Assembly (NCBI GenBank): GCA_002269645.1
Contig: NIVC01003423.1
Span: forward strand, 34,492 to 98,491
Origin: Macrostomum lignano
Lineage: Eukaryota
DNA: 64,000 nucleotides
Direction: 5' to 3'
Position 1 is the first letter of the stretch; each line of letters begins with the position of its first letter. This document shows positions 49,001 through 62,829 of this stretch, one piece after another. The notes beneath the pieces were generated by a model, which saw only the letters and a program-made list of their open reading frames with translations, was not told the origin of the DNA and did no database searches. A program made the position numbers and the translations under genes.

Positions 49001-52000
49001 GGACTAGCTCAATTTCTAGGAATCTGTTCTGATTGCATTCTAACAAACTGAAGCATTTTCTGCACTAAACTTTCTCGGCGGCTCTGAGAGCCAGAGCCCT
49101 AAACAGACAGAGAAATCTGTTCGAGTTGTGTCTGTAGGTTATGTGGACCACCTTCTGAGAGCCAAAGCCTCAAACAGACTGAGAGAGCTGCTTCAGTTGT
49201 GTCTGTAGGTTATGTGGACCACCTAAGAGCCAGAGCCTCAAACAGACAGAGAAATCTGTTCGAGTTGTGTCTGTAGGTTAGGTGGACCAGCTACTCCACA
49301 GCACTTCTAGGCGATAATCTGAGCCAGGAATCTCCGAGAGCCTCTCGTTACACATCCAGATGTTCTGCCTTGATGCTGGACTAGCTCACTTTCTAAGATT
49401 CTGTTCTGATTGCATTCTAACAAACTGAAGCATTCTCGGCACTAAACTTTCTCGGCGGCTCTGAGAGCCAGAGCCTAAACAGACAGAGAAATCTGTTCGA
49501 GTTGTGTCTGTAGGTTAGGTGGACCAGCTACTCCACAGCACTTCTAGACGATAATCTGAGCCAGGAATCTCCAAAAGCCTCTCGTTACACATCCAGATGT
49601 TCTGCCTTAATGCTGGACTAGCTCACTTTCTAGGAATCTGTTCTGATTGTATTCTAACAAACTGAAGCATTCTCGGCACTAAACTTTCTCGGCGGCTCTG
49701 AGAGCCAGAGCCTCAAACAGACAGAGAAATCTGTTCGAGTTGTGTCTGTAGGTTAGGTGGACCAGCTACTCCACAGCACTTCTAGGCGATAATCTGAGCC
49801 AGGAATCTCCGAGAGCCTCTCGTTACGCATCCAGATGTTCTGACTTGATGCTGGACTAGCTCACTTTCTAAGAATCTGTACTGATTGCATTCTAACAAAC
49901 TGAAGCATTCTCGGCACTAAACTTTCTCGGCGGCTCTGAGAGCCAGAGCCTAAACAGACAGAGAAATCTGTTCGAGTTGTGTCTGTAGGTTAGGTGGACC
50001 AGCTACTCCACAGCACTTCTAGGCGATAATCTGAGCCAGGAATCTCCGAGAGCCTCTCGTTACACATCCAGATGTTCTGCCTTGATGCTGGACTAGCTCA
50101 CTTTCTAAGAATCTGTTCTGATTGCATTCTAACAAACTGAAGCATTTTCTGCACTAAACTTTCTCGGCGGCTCTGAGAGCCAGAGCCTCAAACAGACAGA
50201 GAAATCTGTTCGAGTTGTGTCTGCAGGTTAGGTGGACCAGCTACTCCACAGCACTTCTAGGCGATAATCTGAGCCAGGAATCTCCAAAAGCCTCTCGTTA
50301 CACATCCAGATGTTCTGCCTTGATGCTGGACTAGCTCACTTTCTAAGAATCTGTTCTGATTGCATTCTAACAAACTGAAGCATTTTCTGCACTAAACTTT
50401 CTCGGCGGCTCTGAGAGCCAGAGCCTCAAACAGACAGAGAAATCTGTTCGAGTTGTGTCTGTAGGTTAGGTGGACCAGCTACTCCACAGCACTTCTAGGC
50501 GATAATCTGAGCCAGGAATCTCCGAGAGCCTCTCGTTACACATCCAGATGTTCTGCCTTGATGCTGGACTAGCTCACTTTCTAGGAATCTGTTCTGATTG
50601 CATTCTAACAAACTGAAGCATTCTCGGCACTAAACTTTCTCGGCGGCTCTGAGAGCCAGAGCCTCAAACAGACAGAGAAATCTGTTCGAGTTGTGTCTGT
50701 AGGTTAGGTGGACCAGCTACTCCACAGCACTTCTAGGCGATAATCTGAGCCAGGAATCTCCGAGAGCCTCTCGTTACACATCCAGATGTTCTGCCTTGAT
50801 GCTGGACTAGCTCACTTTCTAGGAATCTGTTCTGATTGCATTCTAACAAACTGAAGCATTTTCTGCACTAAACTTTCTCGGCGGCTCTGAGAGCCAGAGC
50901 CTCAAACAGACAGAGAAATCTGTTCGAGTTGTGTCTGTAGGTTAGGTGGACCAGCTACTCCACAGCACTTCTAGGCGATAATCTGAGCCAGGAATCTCCA
51001 AAAGCCTCTCGTTACACATCCAGATGTTCTGCCTTGATGCTGGACTAGCTCACTTTCTAGGAATCTGTTCTGATTGCATTCTAACAAACTGAAGCATTTT
51101 CTGCACTAAACTTTCTCGGCGGCTCTGAGAGCCAGAGCCTAAACAGACAGAGAAATCTGTTCGAGTTGTGTCTGTAGGTTAGGTGGACCAGCTACTCCAC
51201 AGCACTTCTAGGCGATAATCTGAGCCAGGAATCTCCGAGAGCCTCTCGTTACACATCCAGATGTTCTGCCTTGATGCTGGACTAGCTCACTTTCTAAGAA
51301 TCTGTTCTGATTGCATTCTAACAAACTGAAGCATTTTCTGCACTAAACTTTCTCGGCGGCTCTGAGAGCCAGAGCCTCAAACAGACAGAGAAATCTGTTC
51401 GAGTTGTGTCTGTAGGTTAGGTGGACCAGCTACTCCACAGCACTTCTAGACGATAATCTGAGCCAGGAATCTCCGAGAGCCTCTCGTTACACATCCAGAT
51501 GTTCTGCCTTAATGCTGGACTAGCTCACTTTCTAGGAATCTGTTCTGATTGCATTCTAACAAACTGAAGCATTTTCTGCACTAAACTTTCTCGGCGGCTC
51601 TGAGAGCCAGAGCCTCAAACAGACAGAGAAATCTGTTCGAGTTGTGTCTGTAGGTTAGGTGGACCAGCTACTCCACAGCACTTCTAGGCGATAATCTGAG
51701 CCAGGAATCTCCGAGAGCCTCTCGTTACACATCCAGATGTTCTGCCTTGATGCTGGACTAGCTCACTTTCTAGGAATCTGTTCTGATTGCATTCTAACAA
51801 ACTGAAGCATTCTCGGCACTAAACTTTCTCGGCGGCTCTGAGAGCCAGAGCCCTAAACAGACAGAGAAATCTGTTCGAGTTGTGTCTGTAGGTTAGGTGG
51901 ACCAGCTACTCCACAGCACTTCTAGGCGATAATCTGAGCCAGGAATCTCCGAGAGCCTCTCGTTACACATCCAGATGTTCTGCCTTGATGCTGGACTAGC

Positions 52001-54884
52001 TCACTTTCTAGGAATCTGTTCTGATTGCATTCTAACAAACTGAAGCATTTTCTGCACTAAACTTTCTCGGCGGCTCTGAGAGCCAGAGCCTCAAACAGAC
52101 AGAGAAATCTGTTCGAGTTGTGTCTGTAGGTTAGGTGGACCAGCTACTCCACAGCACTTCTAGGCGATAATCTGAGCCAGGAATCTCCAAAAGCCTCTCG
52201 TTACACATCCAGATGTTCTGCCTTGATGCTGGACTAGCTCACTTTCTAGGAATCTGTTCTGATTGCATTCTAACAAACTGAAGCATTTTCTGCACTAAAC
52301 TTTCTCGGCGGCTCTGAGAGCCAGAGCCTAAACAGACAGAGAAATCTGTTCGAGTTGTGTCTGTAGGTTAGGTGGACCAGCTACTCCACAGCACTTCTAG
52401 GCGATAATCTGAGCCAGGAATCTCCGAGAGCCTCTCGTTACACATCCAGATGTTCTGCCTTGATGCTGGACTAGCTCACTTTCTAAGAATCTGTTCTGAT
52501 TGCATTCTAACAAACTGAAGCATTTTCTGCACTAAACTTTCTCGGCGGCTCTGAGAGCCAGAGCCTCAAACAGACAGAGAAATCTGTTCGAGTTGTGTCT
52601 GTAGGTTAGGTGGACCAGCTACTCCACAGCACTTCTAGGCGATAATCTGAGCCAGGAGTCTCCAAGAGACTTTCGTTACACATCCAGATGTTCTGCCTTG
52701 ATGCTGGACTAGCTCACTTTCTAAGAATCTGTTCTGATTGCATTCTAACAAACTGAAGCATTTTCTGCACTAAACTTTCTCGGCGGCTCTGAGAGCCAGA
52801 GCCTCAAACAGACAGAGAAATCTGTTCGAGTTGTGTCTGTAGGTTAGGTGGACCAGCTACTCCACAGCACTTCTAGGCGATAATCTGAGCCAGGAATCTC
52901 CGAGAGCCTCTCGTTACACATCCAGATGTTCTGCCTTGATGCTGGACTAGCTCACTTTCTAGGAATCTGTTCTGATTGCATTCTAACAAACTGAAGCATT
53001 TTCTGCACTAAACTTTCTCGGCGGCTCTGAGAGCCAGAGCCCTAAACAGACAGAGAAATCTGTTCGAGTTGTGTCTGTAGGTTATGTGGACCACCTTCTG
53101 AGAGCCAAAGCCTCAAACAGACTGAGAGAGCTGCTTCAGTTGTGTCTGTAGGTTAGGTGGACCAGCTTCTCTACAGCAATTGAGTTGCAGGCCTTGCAGC
53201 TAGCTACTTTGAGATCATCAAACGAAACTCACTTTTCTGGTCTCGGTGTCGACGGATTTGCGAGCAGACTGATGATTTTTACCAGGCGATGCGGCTTCTT
53301 CGATTTCGCAGTGGCTTTTTGCGACGGTGATTTTAAGTTTTTATTTTAGGCTTGGCGTCCTTTTTTGCGGGTCATCATATTTTTGTTGTAGATTACAGTT
53401 TTTGGCACAATAAATTTATATATGGATGAAACTTGGAGTAAGGATTAACATTAGACCTAATAAGTATAAAAAAACCGTTCTAATTTATACAATTGCAATC
53501 CTTTAGAGATGTATAGTATGGATTATAAGTACTTTCTTTTAAACTGTCTGTGTCTGGTCTCACTACGCCATGGTTTACGTGGACCACCCGCTTAGACATT
53601 ATATATCCCTCTCTCCACTGTCTTACCTTCAGAACGCTTGCGGGTTTCCTATTGGCTGCGGTCGGTCCCATTGTTGGGGTGGATCTATCCTCCTAAGTGT
53701 TAACCAGCCAATTATAGAAAGGGAGGTCTGTCTGTCTGTCTGTTCCAACCCTATAATCCTGCACATGTGTTTACGTGGACCAAACAGACAGTGAGTGTTA
53801 GGCTGACTGTTAATGCGTTCTTAGTTTTACTGGGACCGCAATCAAGTCGACCTTTTGCTAGAGAGTCAGAGACCCGATCGCTAGCTAAAAGGCCCTTCTT
53901 AATTGCGCCCTGTTGATCAAATCTTTTGCATGTACGTGTATGAATTGTCCTTTTCACTTAGGTAAATTGCATCTTCAACTTTGCACTTGAAAGGCTGCAG
54001 CTTAGGATCTTCTTCTTCCAACATTGGAGGAGGATAGAACAGGATATCCCATAGTGTTTAGTATAGAATTGGCAAGCACTTAATTCATGAAGTTGCTATT
54101 TTCTTCTTGTGTAATGGTAGAGCCTCAGAAATTCGCATTTACACAGTGTGGCTATCAAGGACCACTGGGAGTTCTTGAGAAGTCATTGAAGAATACTATT
54201 TAGGCTTCACTTAAATATCTTTCTTGTCTCGGAGTCTTTATCGTTTGATCTGGTTCGCGAATTGGATTTCTTTACGTTGGTGTCTTACTCTGTGAGTCTG
54301 TGCTCAGGGTACGATACCGAAATTGCTGGAACTGAGCTAATCAAATTCATTTCGCATACGAGGTTTCAGAATTTTAAATTAACCTGCGTACCTACTTGAA
54401 TGTCAAAGAACTGAACGCATATTGTTTTAAAGCCAGTAGCGGTCATAATATGATGCTAACATAGCCCTTTGTTCGTAAGGTAATGATCTGTAAAAAAATC
54501 AGTTTTGCATTGAATCTATGCTTAATAACTGCTATACACAAACAGACACAAACAGACACAAACAGACACAAACAGACGATTTTCGAAAAATTTTCTAAAA
54601 TTTTTCGGTTTACGTGGACCAGACTCGCTCGGTTTAGGTAGACCAGGCTGGAGGTCCAGCTAAACTGAAATGCAAATAACTTTGGAAAAAACCATGCTAG
54701 ACATCCCAAAATTGCTTAAGCCTTTCTTGACCCGCCTGATATTAATGTGAGATCCTCATCAACGTCTTAACCCCACCAGAGACAAAATTATTTGGTGGTC
54801 CACCTAAGTGGTCTACCTACACCGGGTGGTCCAGCTAACGAGGCTACTGAACTTCCAAAAAGTCCACGTAAACACACAGACAGT
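46088..54884. mobile_element. 8.8-kb TIR-bounded insertion in a SEMA5 intron carrying a satellite array
   Basis: 23-bp inverted ends ACTGTCTGTGTGTTTA(GCG/CGT)GGAC (20/23); GTGGACC subterminal motifs change orientation at the right end; no TSD seen. Confidence 0.55.
47150..53165. repeat. 238-bp satellite, about 24 copies, with interspersed ~60-bp short variants
   Basis: Period 238 (CTCTGAG ends at 47760 and 47998); short units at about 47160-47280, 48480-48610, 49090-49220 and 53030-53160. Confidence 0.97.
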
Positions 54885-55378
<494 letters not shown>

Positions 55379-55388
55379 GAAGTCTCAC

Positions 55389-55601
55389 CCTCCTGCCGGC
55401 AGTTGCCGCCAGCAGAGTCGCACAGTTTGGTGAAATTCGCCAGCTCTACTTCCAGCCATTGCCGCCGGCCCCCGCTGGCGTCGTGGCGCAGCTTGCACAC
55501 GGCTCCGAAGGCCACCCAACGCGATTGGCTGGCGGCGACACCGCCAGATGGCCAATCGGAACGCACCGGGACCCACTGAGACGTCGGTGCCCGGCCTTCG
55601 A
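55389..55601 (-). CDS. SEMA5: Semaphorin-5 exon (inter-TSP1 linker typical of class 5)
   Basis: SQWVPV...AVCKLR...WLEVE...[10 protein letters not shown] resembles the Sema5A WLPV...TCKAR...LEV...RYCSSDG linker as recalled; phase 1/1. Confidence 0.75.
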
Positions 55602-55691
55602 CTGCATCGACATAAGCATCGGATGTCAATAAAAATAGTTATCAGTGCATACAGGTGTAGTTACTGTAATTCTCAGTAAACAACTACTCAC

Positions 55692-55871
55692 GCCCTGGAC
55701 ACGGCTGCTCATTGCACGGCTGTCTCTGCTGAGAGTCGCCCTGACAAGTTGGCGCCCCCTCGGCGCGGCACTGTCGGCGCCTACTGCGACTGCCAGTGCC
55801 GCAGCGCTGGCTACACGCGCTCCAGGCGCTCCAGGCGCTCCAAGCTGCGCTTGCGGTATTCGGTCGGTTTA
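55692..55871 (-). CDS. SEMA5: Semaphorin-5 exon (TSP1), missing from the ORF track
   Basis: tttctag|...|gtgagt; WSAWSAWSACSQRCGTGSRSRRRQC...QPCNEQPCP; phase 1/1. Confidence 0.85.
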
Positions 55872-56107
55872 CTAGAAATAGTTTGAAGAAAATTGATAAG
55901 ATCTGGTGTTAAACTGCTTTATTGAGAACTAAAGTTTATAAATGGCGCCAATTTTAAGTTGCGCCGAGTTCAAATGGCGCCAATTTCAGGTGGCGCCGAT
56001 TTTAGGTGGCGCCGATAATAAATGGCGCCGATCGTAAGTAGCGCCGATTTTAAGTGGCGCTCGTTCCTAATTTAGCTATGCTACTAAAGCCCTCCGATTA
56101 ACCTCAC

Positions 56108-57077
56108 CTTGGCACTCATCTGGCTTGCAGACTCTCTCCTCAGTCTCAGCGGCATCCTCCGAGTCGGTAGTCGATCTCGTCCGCGAGCTTCCTTCACTGC
56201 GACAATCGGCGCCGCCGTGCGCTGGCCGCGGACTGTCGCACCGTCGGCTTCGCGTCTGCTGGCCAGCACACGAAGCTCCGCTGCCGCCGCCGCCGCCGCC
56301 GCTGCCGATCCGCTCGCAGCGGCTCCACGAGCTCCAGGCGCTCCAGGCGCCGTCGCGGCTGCAGTTCGCCACCTCCTGCTGATGCTGCCGCGGCCGTTCC
56401 GCAGCTTCTAAGCCGCCCACGATCCCGGCTTCAAAACGGACCCGACACTGGCAGAACCCCTCAGACCCCAGGCACCGTTGCCACGGCGACCACTCCGACC
56501 AGGCGGCGACACCGCCTTCGCTCGGCGGCATCGACGACGTTGGCAACCGCGGACAGACTCGGCCGGCGCTGGCGCTGACCTCCTGGCGCCACTGGTCGGT
56601 GTTGGCTGGCCGAACGGTACACGCAGCCGCAGGCAGATTCCAGCCGCAGTGGGGGTCTCTGGCAGCCAGACAGGCCTCCTGACTTGTCAGCAGGTTGCAC
56701 CGAGAGGTCGGCAGTTGCACCAGTCTGGTGTCGGTGCTGATCAACAGCCGACCGCCAGGCAGCAGTTTCATGTCGTTGATTTTCCCGTCTAGCCGCGGAT
56801 CCAGAGAAATCTCGTCTAAGACGCAGCGATTGCCTTCAGCTAGCAAAATCTTCTTGATAGAGTGCCGCTCGGTCAGGATGTAGGCAACGCTGTGCCACTG
56901 GCCAGGCTCGATGGAAGGCAGGCGTTCAATGAGGATTCGAAGCCAGATCTCCGTGCCCGTGGCCGCCAATGGCTGATTTGTGTCCGGCACGGTCCACTGC
57001 GACTTGAGAAAATACTGCCAGTTGTGGCTGAGCTCGTATTCTCCGATGTCGTCCTTGTGCAGGTGCAGACTGGGGCA
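56108..57077 (-). CDS. SEMA5: Semaphorin-5 exon: end of Sema domain, PSI, two TSP1 repeats
   Basis: ccgccag|TGC; CLAARDPHCGW (PSI); WSEWSPWQRC; NCSRDGAWSAWSSWSRC...TRSRRCDSPRPAHGGADC. Confidence 0.9.
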
Positions 57078-57127
57078 CTGGCGGGTCGGTTATTAGGGAT
57101 TGTAAGTGCAACTGCTGACAGCCTCTG

Positions 57128-57590
57128 ATGAGATTCTTCCTGATTCCCTCCCATAGATTCTTCCCGATTCCCTCCCATAGATTCTTCCTGATTCCCTCCC
57201 ATAGTCTTCCCGATTCCCTCCCATAGATTCTTCCCGATTCCCTCCCATAGATTCTTCCCGATTCTTCCCGATTCCCTCCCATAGATTCTTCCCGATTCCC
57301 TCCCATAGATTCTTCCCGATTCCCTCCCATAGATTCTTCCCGATTCCCTCCCATAGATTCTTCCCGATTCCCTCCCATAGATTCTTCCCGATTCCCTCCC
57401 ATAGATTCTTCCCGATTCCCTCCCATAGATTCTTCCCGATTCCCTCCCATAGATTCTTCCAGATTCCCTCTCATAGATTCTTCCCGATTCCCTCCCATAG
57501 ATTCTTCCCGATTCCCTCCCATATATTCTTCCCGATTCCCTCCCATAGATTCTTCCTGATCCTCCCAGATTCTTCCCAATTCCCTCGCAT
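57128..57590. repeat. 24-bp intronic minisatellite (ATTCTTCCCGATTCCCTCCCATAG)
   Basis: About 19 tandem copies. Confidence 0.95.
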
Positions 57591-57646
57591 AGATTGCCTC
57601 AGCTAATGATGCTAGACGCCGAGACTAAGATCATGCGGACACTCAC

Positions 57647-57803
57647 ATCAGACCGGTTGTACTGATCCCTGGCCTCCACAAAGTAGGACATCGGCGTTCC
57701 TTCGCGACTCTCGCTCTTCTTCACTTTCACGGACTGATCGCCGAATACTTGATTGAAAATTGAGAATGGAAATCCGCAGACTGCGCTGGCTCGGACTCCG
57801 TGT
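57647..57803 (-). CDS. SEMA5: Semaphorin-5 exon (Sema domain)
   Basis: HGVRASAVCGFPFSIFNQVF; phase 2/0. Confidence 0.85.
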
Positions 57804-58874
57804 CTGAAATTGAAAGAGGAGAATCAGTGACGGCGCCAATGGGAGTTTGTAACAGCGCCAATCGGAATCGGAATCGGCGCCAATAGGAGTAATTGTTATA
57901 GTCAGTAGCTAATGTTAAGCCATAGCCCTACACCAATTAGTGAAAAATAGTGCTAATTATAGGAGCAATTAGTGTAGCATCCATAGACTTGATGACTGCG
58001 GCGTTATGCGGCCTTCCCTTCCACTCAGAGAACCCAGCCGCAAAAAAAGTAAATACTTCAATCATCTTTCATCATGGAGCCTTGGTTACTGCAGTTTTTC
58101 AGACTCATTTTTACTGCATTGACTATGTAGTCCATTGTATTCTATCTCTAACTCTAATCTCTATCTCCCCCCCAGCTGTACGTGACAGCATAAATAGAGC
58201 CATCGGACTTGGGTCAGCAACTCGAGTAGCTATATAGCGAAGGATTTTTAGAACAAAGCGAAGGACGAGTTTTGGCTTTTCGATAAAAAAACTGTTGGCG
58301 GAGAGCGGAGGAGCTGTGCTCGGCTCGGCTCAAAAAGAGAGAGAGAGAGAGAGCCGAAAGGACAGAACGAAGCGCGGTTTCTGCTTTTTTACAAGTGCTC
58401 CGAATGTGCCAGCCTTCTGGAACAGAATAGAACATATAGTCATTCAACTGCTTTCAACCTCCAGCTTAGAGGTGAAGCGAGCGCTGGCGGCGTACAATGA
58501 AATTTGTAGAGTTAAAAACTTTTCTTTATAACAGAAGTGACTGAGTGAAGTTAAAGAAGTGGCTTCTAGTAGAGCTCTGAAAGCAGGGCGCACAACGAGA
58601 CGGAGTGGTGGGGACTGGGCTGTAAGGCTTAAATCCAGCATCAAGTTAGAAGTTGTTGGCCCTTAAAGTTTTTTTCTATTCTATAGGCGCTGTCAGTTGC
58701 GTATAGTCTTTCGTCTGATGTCTTTCATTCGCTCAGCTGAACAATGCTTTTCTTTTGTGGTTTCCTTTTCGATTTGAGACCTCGTTAGTGCTGCGGCGTG
58801 CGTCACCCCCCCCCCGTTGGTGCCTGTTCGCTACGTATTGAAATGTCCCGACTCGTGACATATTGTACTAATAG

Positions 58875-59765
58875 ATCCTTGGATCTGCCTCTCCGCTCTC
58901 CCTCAGTGCTTGGATCTGCCTCTCCGCTCTCCCTCAGTTCTTGGATCTGCCTCTCCGCTCTCCCTCAGCCCTTGGACCTGCCTCTCCGCTCTCCCTCAGT
59001 GCTTGGACCTGCCTCTCCGCTCTCCCTCAGTGCTTGGATCTGCCTCTCCGCTCTCCCTCAGTTCTTGGATCTGCCTCTCCGCTCTCCCTCAGTTCTTGGA
59101 TCTGCCTCTCCGCTCTCCCTCAGCCCTTGGACCTGCCTCTCCGCTCTCCCTCAGTGCTTGGATCTGCCTCTCCGCTCTCCCTCAGTTCTTGGATCTGCCT
59201 CTCCGCTCTCCCTCAGTGCTTGGATCTGACTCTCCGCTCTCCCTCAGTTCTTGGATCTGCCTCTCCGCTCTCCCTCAGTTCTTGGATCTGCCTCTCCGCT
59301 CTCCCTCAGTGCTTGGATCTGACTCTCCGCTCTCCCTCAGCCATTGGATCTGCCTCTCCGCTCTCCCTCAGTTCTTGGATCTGCCTCTCCGCTCTCCTCC
59401 CTCAGCCATTGGATCTGCCTCTCCGCTCTCCCTCAGTTCTTGGATCTGCCTCTCCGCTCTCCTCCCTCAGCCATTGGATCTGCCTCTCCGCTCTCCCTCA
59501 GTTCTTGGATCTGCCTCTCCGCTCTCCTCCCTCAGCCATTGGATCTGCCTCTCCGCTCTCCCTCAGTTCTTGGATCTGCCTCTCCGCTCTCCTCCCTCAG
59601 CCATTGGATCTGCCTCTCCGCTCTCCCTCAGTTCTTGGATCTGCCTCTCCGCTCTCCTCCCTCAGCCATTGGATCTGCCTCTCCGCTCTCCCTCAGTTCT
59701 TGGATCTGCCTCTCCGCTCTCCCTCAGTTCTTGGATCTGCCTCTCTGCTCTCCTCCCTCAGCCCT
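58875..59765. repeat. 31/34-bp intronic minisatellite (CTTGGATCTGCCTCTCCGCTCTCCCTCAGT[G/T])
   Basis: Tandem copies with variant units. Confidence 0.95.
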
Positions 59766-60112
59766 TGTACCTGGTTCGATTTTACCTTTCTCTTCTTAAG
59801 ATGAACTGTGCCCCTTGACCTTTAGTGCTTCGCAAAATCGTTGCCACCATAAATGACAATTCTTCAACTGTTTTAAAATGACCTTCAAACTTGAACACTT
59901 AAATCGCTTTATCAGACGCACTCACAGAGCAGAAACGGTGTGAATTAGGGCTAGCAAGAAATTTCTAAAACACCTATAGAATTTAACTAGAAAAATTGCT
60001 TATCTAATCTCTCAGTTTCAAGTCAGTGAAAAGGTAGGCTTAGCTTTAACATAATAGTTGCTGTCGTTTGCATATAATATTAATTATACACGAGTTGAAT
60101 TGTTCCATTCAC

Positions 60113-60321
60113 CTGCTCGCCGTGAATACGCCGTAAATATGACTGTCCGTTACAAACGTGTCCTGAAGCAAGTCGTAATAGAATGGCTCAGCAGTGCGCC
60201 GAGCGTCTGTCTGCGTTGGGCCGCCGTCCGAGCACACTAACCGACTCTTGGCATACGACAGCCACAGGTGCTGGTAGCCTGGGTCAGATTTGCAGACCCG
60301 AGCTACTCGGCTCACCGTACG
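60113..60321 (-). CDS. SEMA5: Semaphorin-5 exon (Sema domain)
   Basis: SRVARVCKSDPG...WLSYAKSRLVCS...FYYDLLQ...IYGVFT, the Sema signature; phase 0/2. Confidence 0.92.
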
Positions 60322-60858
60322 CTGTCAGGGGGTTTGAGAGGTGAAAATATTAATAACCCTGCAATTTCCTCAGCGACCAATTTCATGAGGACAATAATTT
60401 GACAAAATACAAGTGATAAGTGTCAATTTAATGCGCCAATACTGTACGCAGGCACGCACTCATTCACACGCTCACACAGGCTGTACAGCGGTCCTGACGT
60501 TCTAATAGTCAGCCATGTACAGTCTCTGTGCCTTGGGGTGCTGGCCATCATGGGTGTAATCATTCCCATGAGTCGAGTTGACAGTTGCTAAGCACATATT
60601 TTACAGACATGTTTATCTTTAGCTAATTTGTAACTATAAACCGTGCATTTCTCAGACATCATGTACCGTTGTTTCTTGTTCTTGTCGAAAGTCAATATGT
60701 TTAAGTTTTTTAACAAATAAGTACTGGTCAACGCGCATAACTACATGTAGATTTAAAAGTGAAGATTGAACATGGATGAATAAGTTATATAAGTTATATT
60801 ATATAACATATGTCAGTTACTTGACTGTCTATACAGCCGTGACCATGGTGTGACTTAC

Positions 60859-60959
60859 CTCAGCTCTGGTTCCGCAAGTTCCCATTTCTTCGAAATTTTC
60901 CTGGAAGAAATAGTAGACATAGTCTCCGACAATGTGAACGCTGATAAACTTGGCTGGTT
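60859..60959 (-). CDS. SEMA5: Semaphorin-5 exon (Sema domain)
   Basis: PAKFISVHIVGDYVYYFFQE; phase 1/0. Confidence 0.88.
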
Positions 60960-61249
60960 CTGAAAAAAAATAGACCAATGACGATGCTTTGTGTAACTTT
61001 TAGTCCAATAATTGGAATGTAAAATAACAATGCCTACATTTATCTACAAAATCTCAACCTCACAAATCCAACAGTATCTATTGTACTTCACAATCTGCCA
61101 GTCAACATCCAGCTCAAAATTTACAAAAACACACTCCAAAATGTAACGAAAAAGCTGAAAAAATTTGCAACGAACTCTGCAGCGAATACAGTCAAAAGCT
61201 ACCAAAAACCAGTGAAAATCTATCGAAACTTATTGGTTAAAAAACTCAC

Positions 61250-61583
61250 TGTAAATAAACTTCATCCACTGTGACAGCTGCTTGTCCTGTTTGGTTCGAA
61301 TTGCGTCGCTACTCGGCACGAGGCTCGATCGGTAGATAGCCGGATCCGCTCTACCGGGCCTGAGGAAAGCGCCAACGAAGATTTGCTTGTCCTCCAAAGC
61401 GATCACCTTCTCCGATTGCAGGTCAGAGTTCTGCAGCTGGATTGTGTAGGATCCGAACGATATTTTTGGTTGCATGGCAGAACGAAGAGAGCAATTGGGC
61501 GTGCCCCGGACACTGCCGCACACCAACAGCTTGAAATCGTTAGTCGCTTGCAAGGCGAATATGATGTTCTGTGGACAGTTTGC
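61250..61583 (-). CDS. SEMA5: Semaphorin-5 exon (Sema domain)
   Basis: ANCPQNIIFAL...LLVCGSVRGTPNC...ADPAIYRS; phase 0/1. Confidence 0.85.
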
Positions 61584-61659
61584 CTGGTTGATGTGGAGAG
61601 AGTTATGAGGATTGGTTATAGGGTAGAATGAAATCGCAGGTTTTTTTTATCAAGCTAAC

Positions 61660-62325
61660 TTTTCCCTGCAACCGGTGTGTCAATGAATCTTCTCTCCTGC
61701 AACCGGATGTCAATGAATCTTCTCTCCTGCAACCGGATGTCAATGAATCTTCTCTCCTGCAACCGGATGTCAATGAATCTTCCCACCTCCTGCAACCGGA
61801 TGTCAATGAATCTTCCCACCTCCTGCAACCAGTATGTCAATGAATCTTCCCCCCCCCTGCAACCGGTGTGTCAATGAATCTTCCCTCCTCCTGCAACCGG
61901 TATGTCAATGAATATTCCCTCCTCCTGCAACCGGTATGTCAATGAATATTCCCACCTCCTGCAACCGGTATGTCAATGAATCTGCCCACCTCCTGCAACC
62001 GGTATGTCAATGAATCTGTCCTCCTGCAACCAGTATGTCAATGAATCTCCCCCCCTGCAACCGGTGTGTCAATGAATCTTCCATTATGTAACCGGTGTGT
62101 CAATGAATCTTCCATTATGTAACCGGTGTGTCAATGAATCTTCCCTCCTGCAACCGGTGTGTCAATAAATCTTCCCACCTCCTGCAACCGGTATGTCAAT
62201 GAATCTGTCCACTTCCTGCAACCGGTATGTCAATGAATCTTCCCCCTGCAACCGGTGTGTCAGTGAATCTTCCTTTATGTAACCAGTGTGTCAATGAATC
62301 TGCCCTCCTTATGCAACCGGTGTTT
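61660..62325. repeat. 30-34-bp intronic minisatellite (CAACCGGTATGTCAATGAATCTTCCCACCTCCTG)
   Basis: Tandem, variable units. Confidence 0.93.
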
Positions 62326-62489
62326 TGTTAAAGTGCCTTCGTGCAACGATATTATACTGAATCAGCTGAACTAAACGAATCTACCTCCTCTTTAATGGGC
62401 CTCGTTTAACCCTACGAGTCTATCCTATTCTTGCAACCAGATGTATTAAAACCCGGAAATCGGCAATCCAGCAGATTCTGTAGACCTAC

Positions 62490-62610
62490 CCTAGCTGCGC
62501 CCTGCAGTTGGCAGTTTCTCAAATCCGAATCTGTTGCATCCGGTTTTGTCGACCATTCAATGATCTCTTCATCCTCGAAGGTTTTTAGTCCGACTTTGAT
62601 AATGTGATTT
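62490..62610 (-). CDS. SEMA5: Semaphorin-5 exon (Sema N-terminal part)
   Basis: ttgtag|...|gtaggt; NHIIKVGLKTF...IIEWS...NCQLQG; phase 2/0. Confidence 0.75.
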
Positions 62611-62829
62611 CTACAATGTAAAGTTCGCTGGGTTTTTTTACTATTGCTGGTTGGGTACCATATTACATTTGCGTTGAAAAAAAATTGCACTGGTTGACAT
62701 TTTCTACAATTTCTCTATTAAAAATAAATCTAAGTCTTTGGATGCTAAAAAAGATTTCAGTAGAAATTGCGCAGCTGCATTGAATACGAGCGTATCTCGG
62801 CACCCAAATGTAAAAAAATCGGCACTCAC

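Noticed and set aside
47150-53165. CRISPR-like or tRNA/5S-like array
   Set aside because: Whole units are repeated with no unique spacers, no cas genes, no recognisable RNA gene; eukaryotic context.
58214-58644. Short ORFs as extra semaphorin exons
   Set aside because: No Sema motifs, and exons 60113 and 57803 already join in phase.
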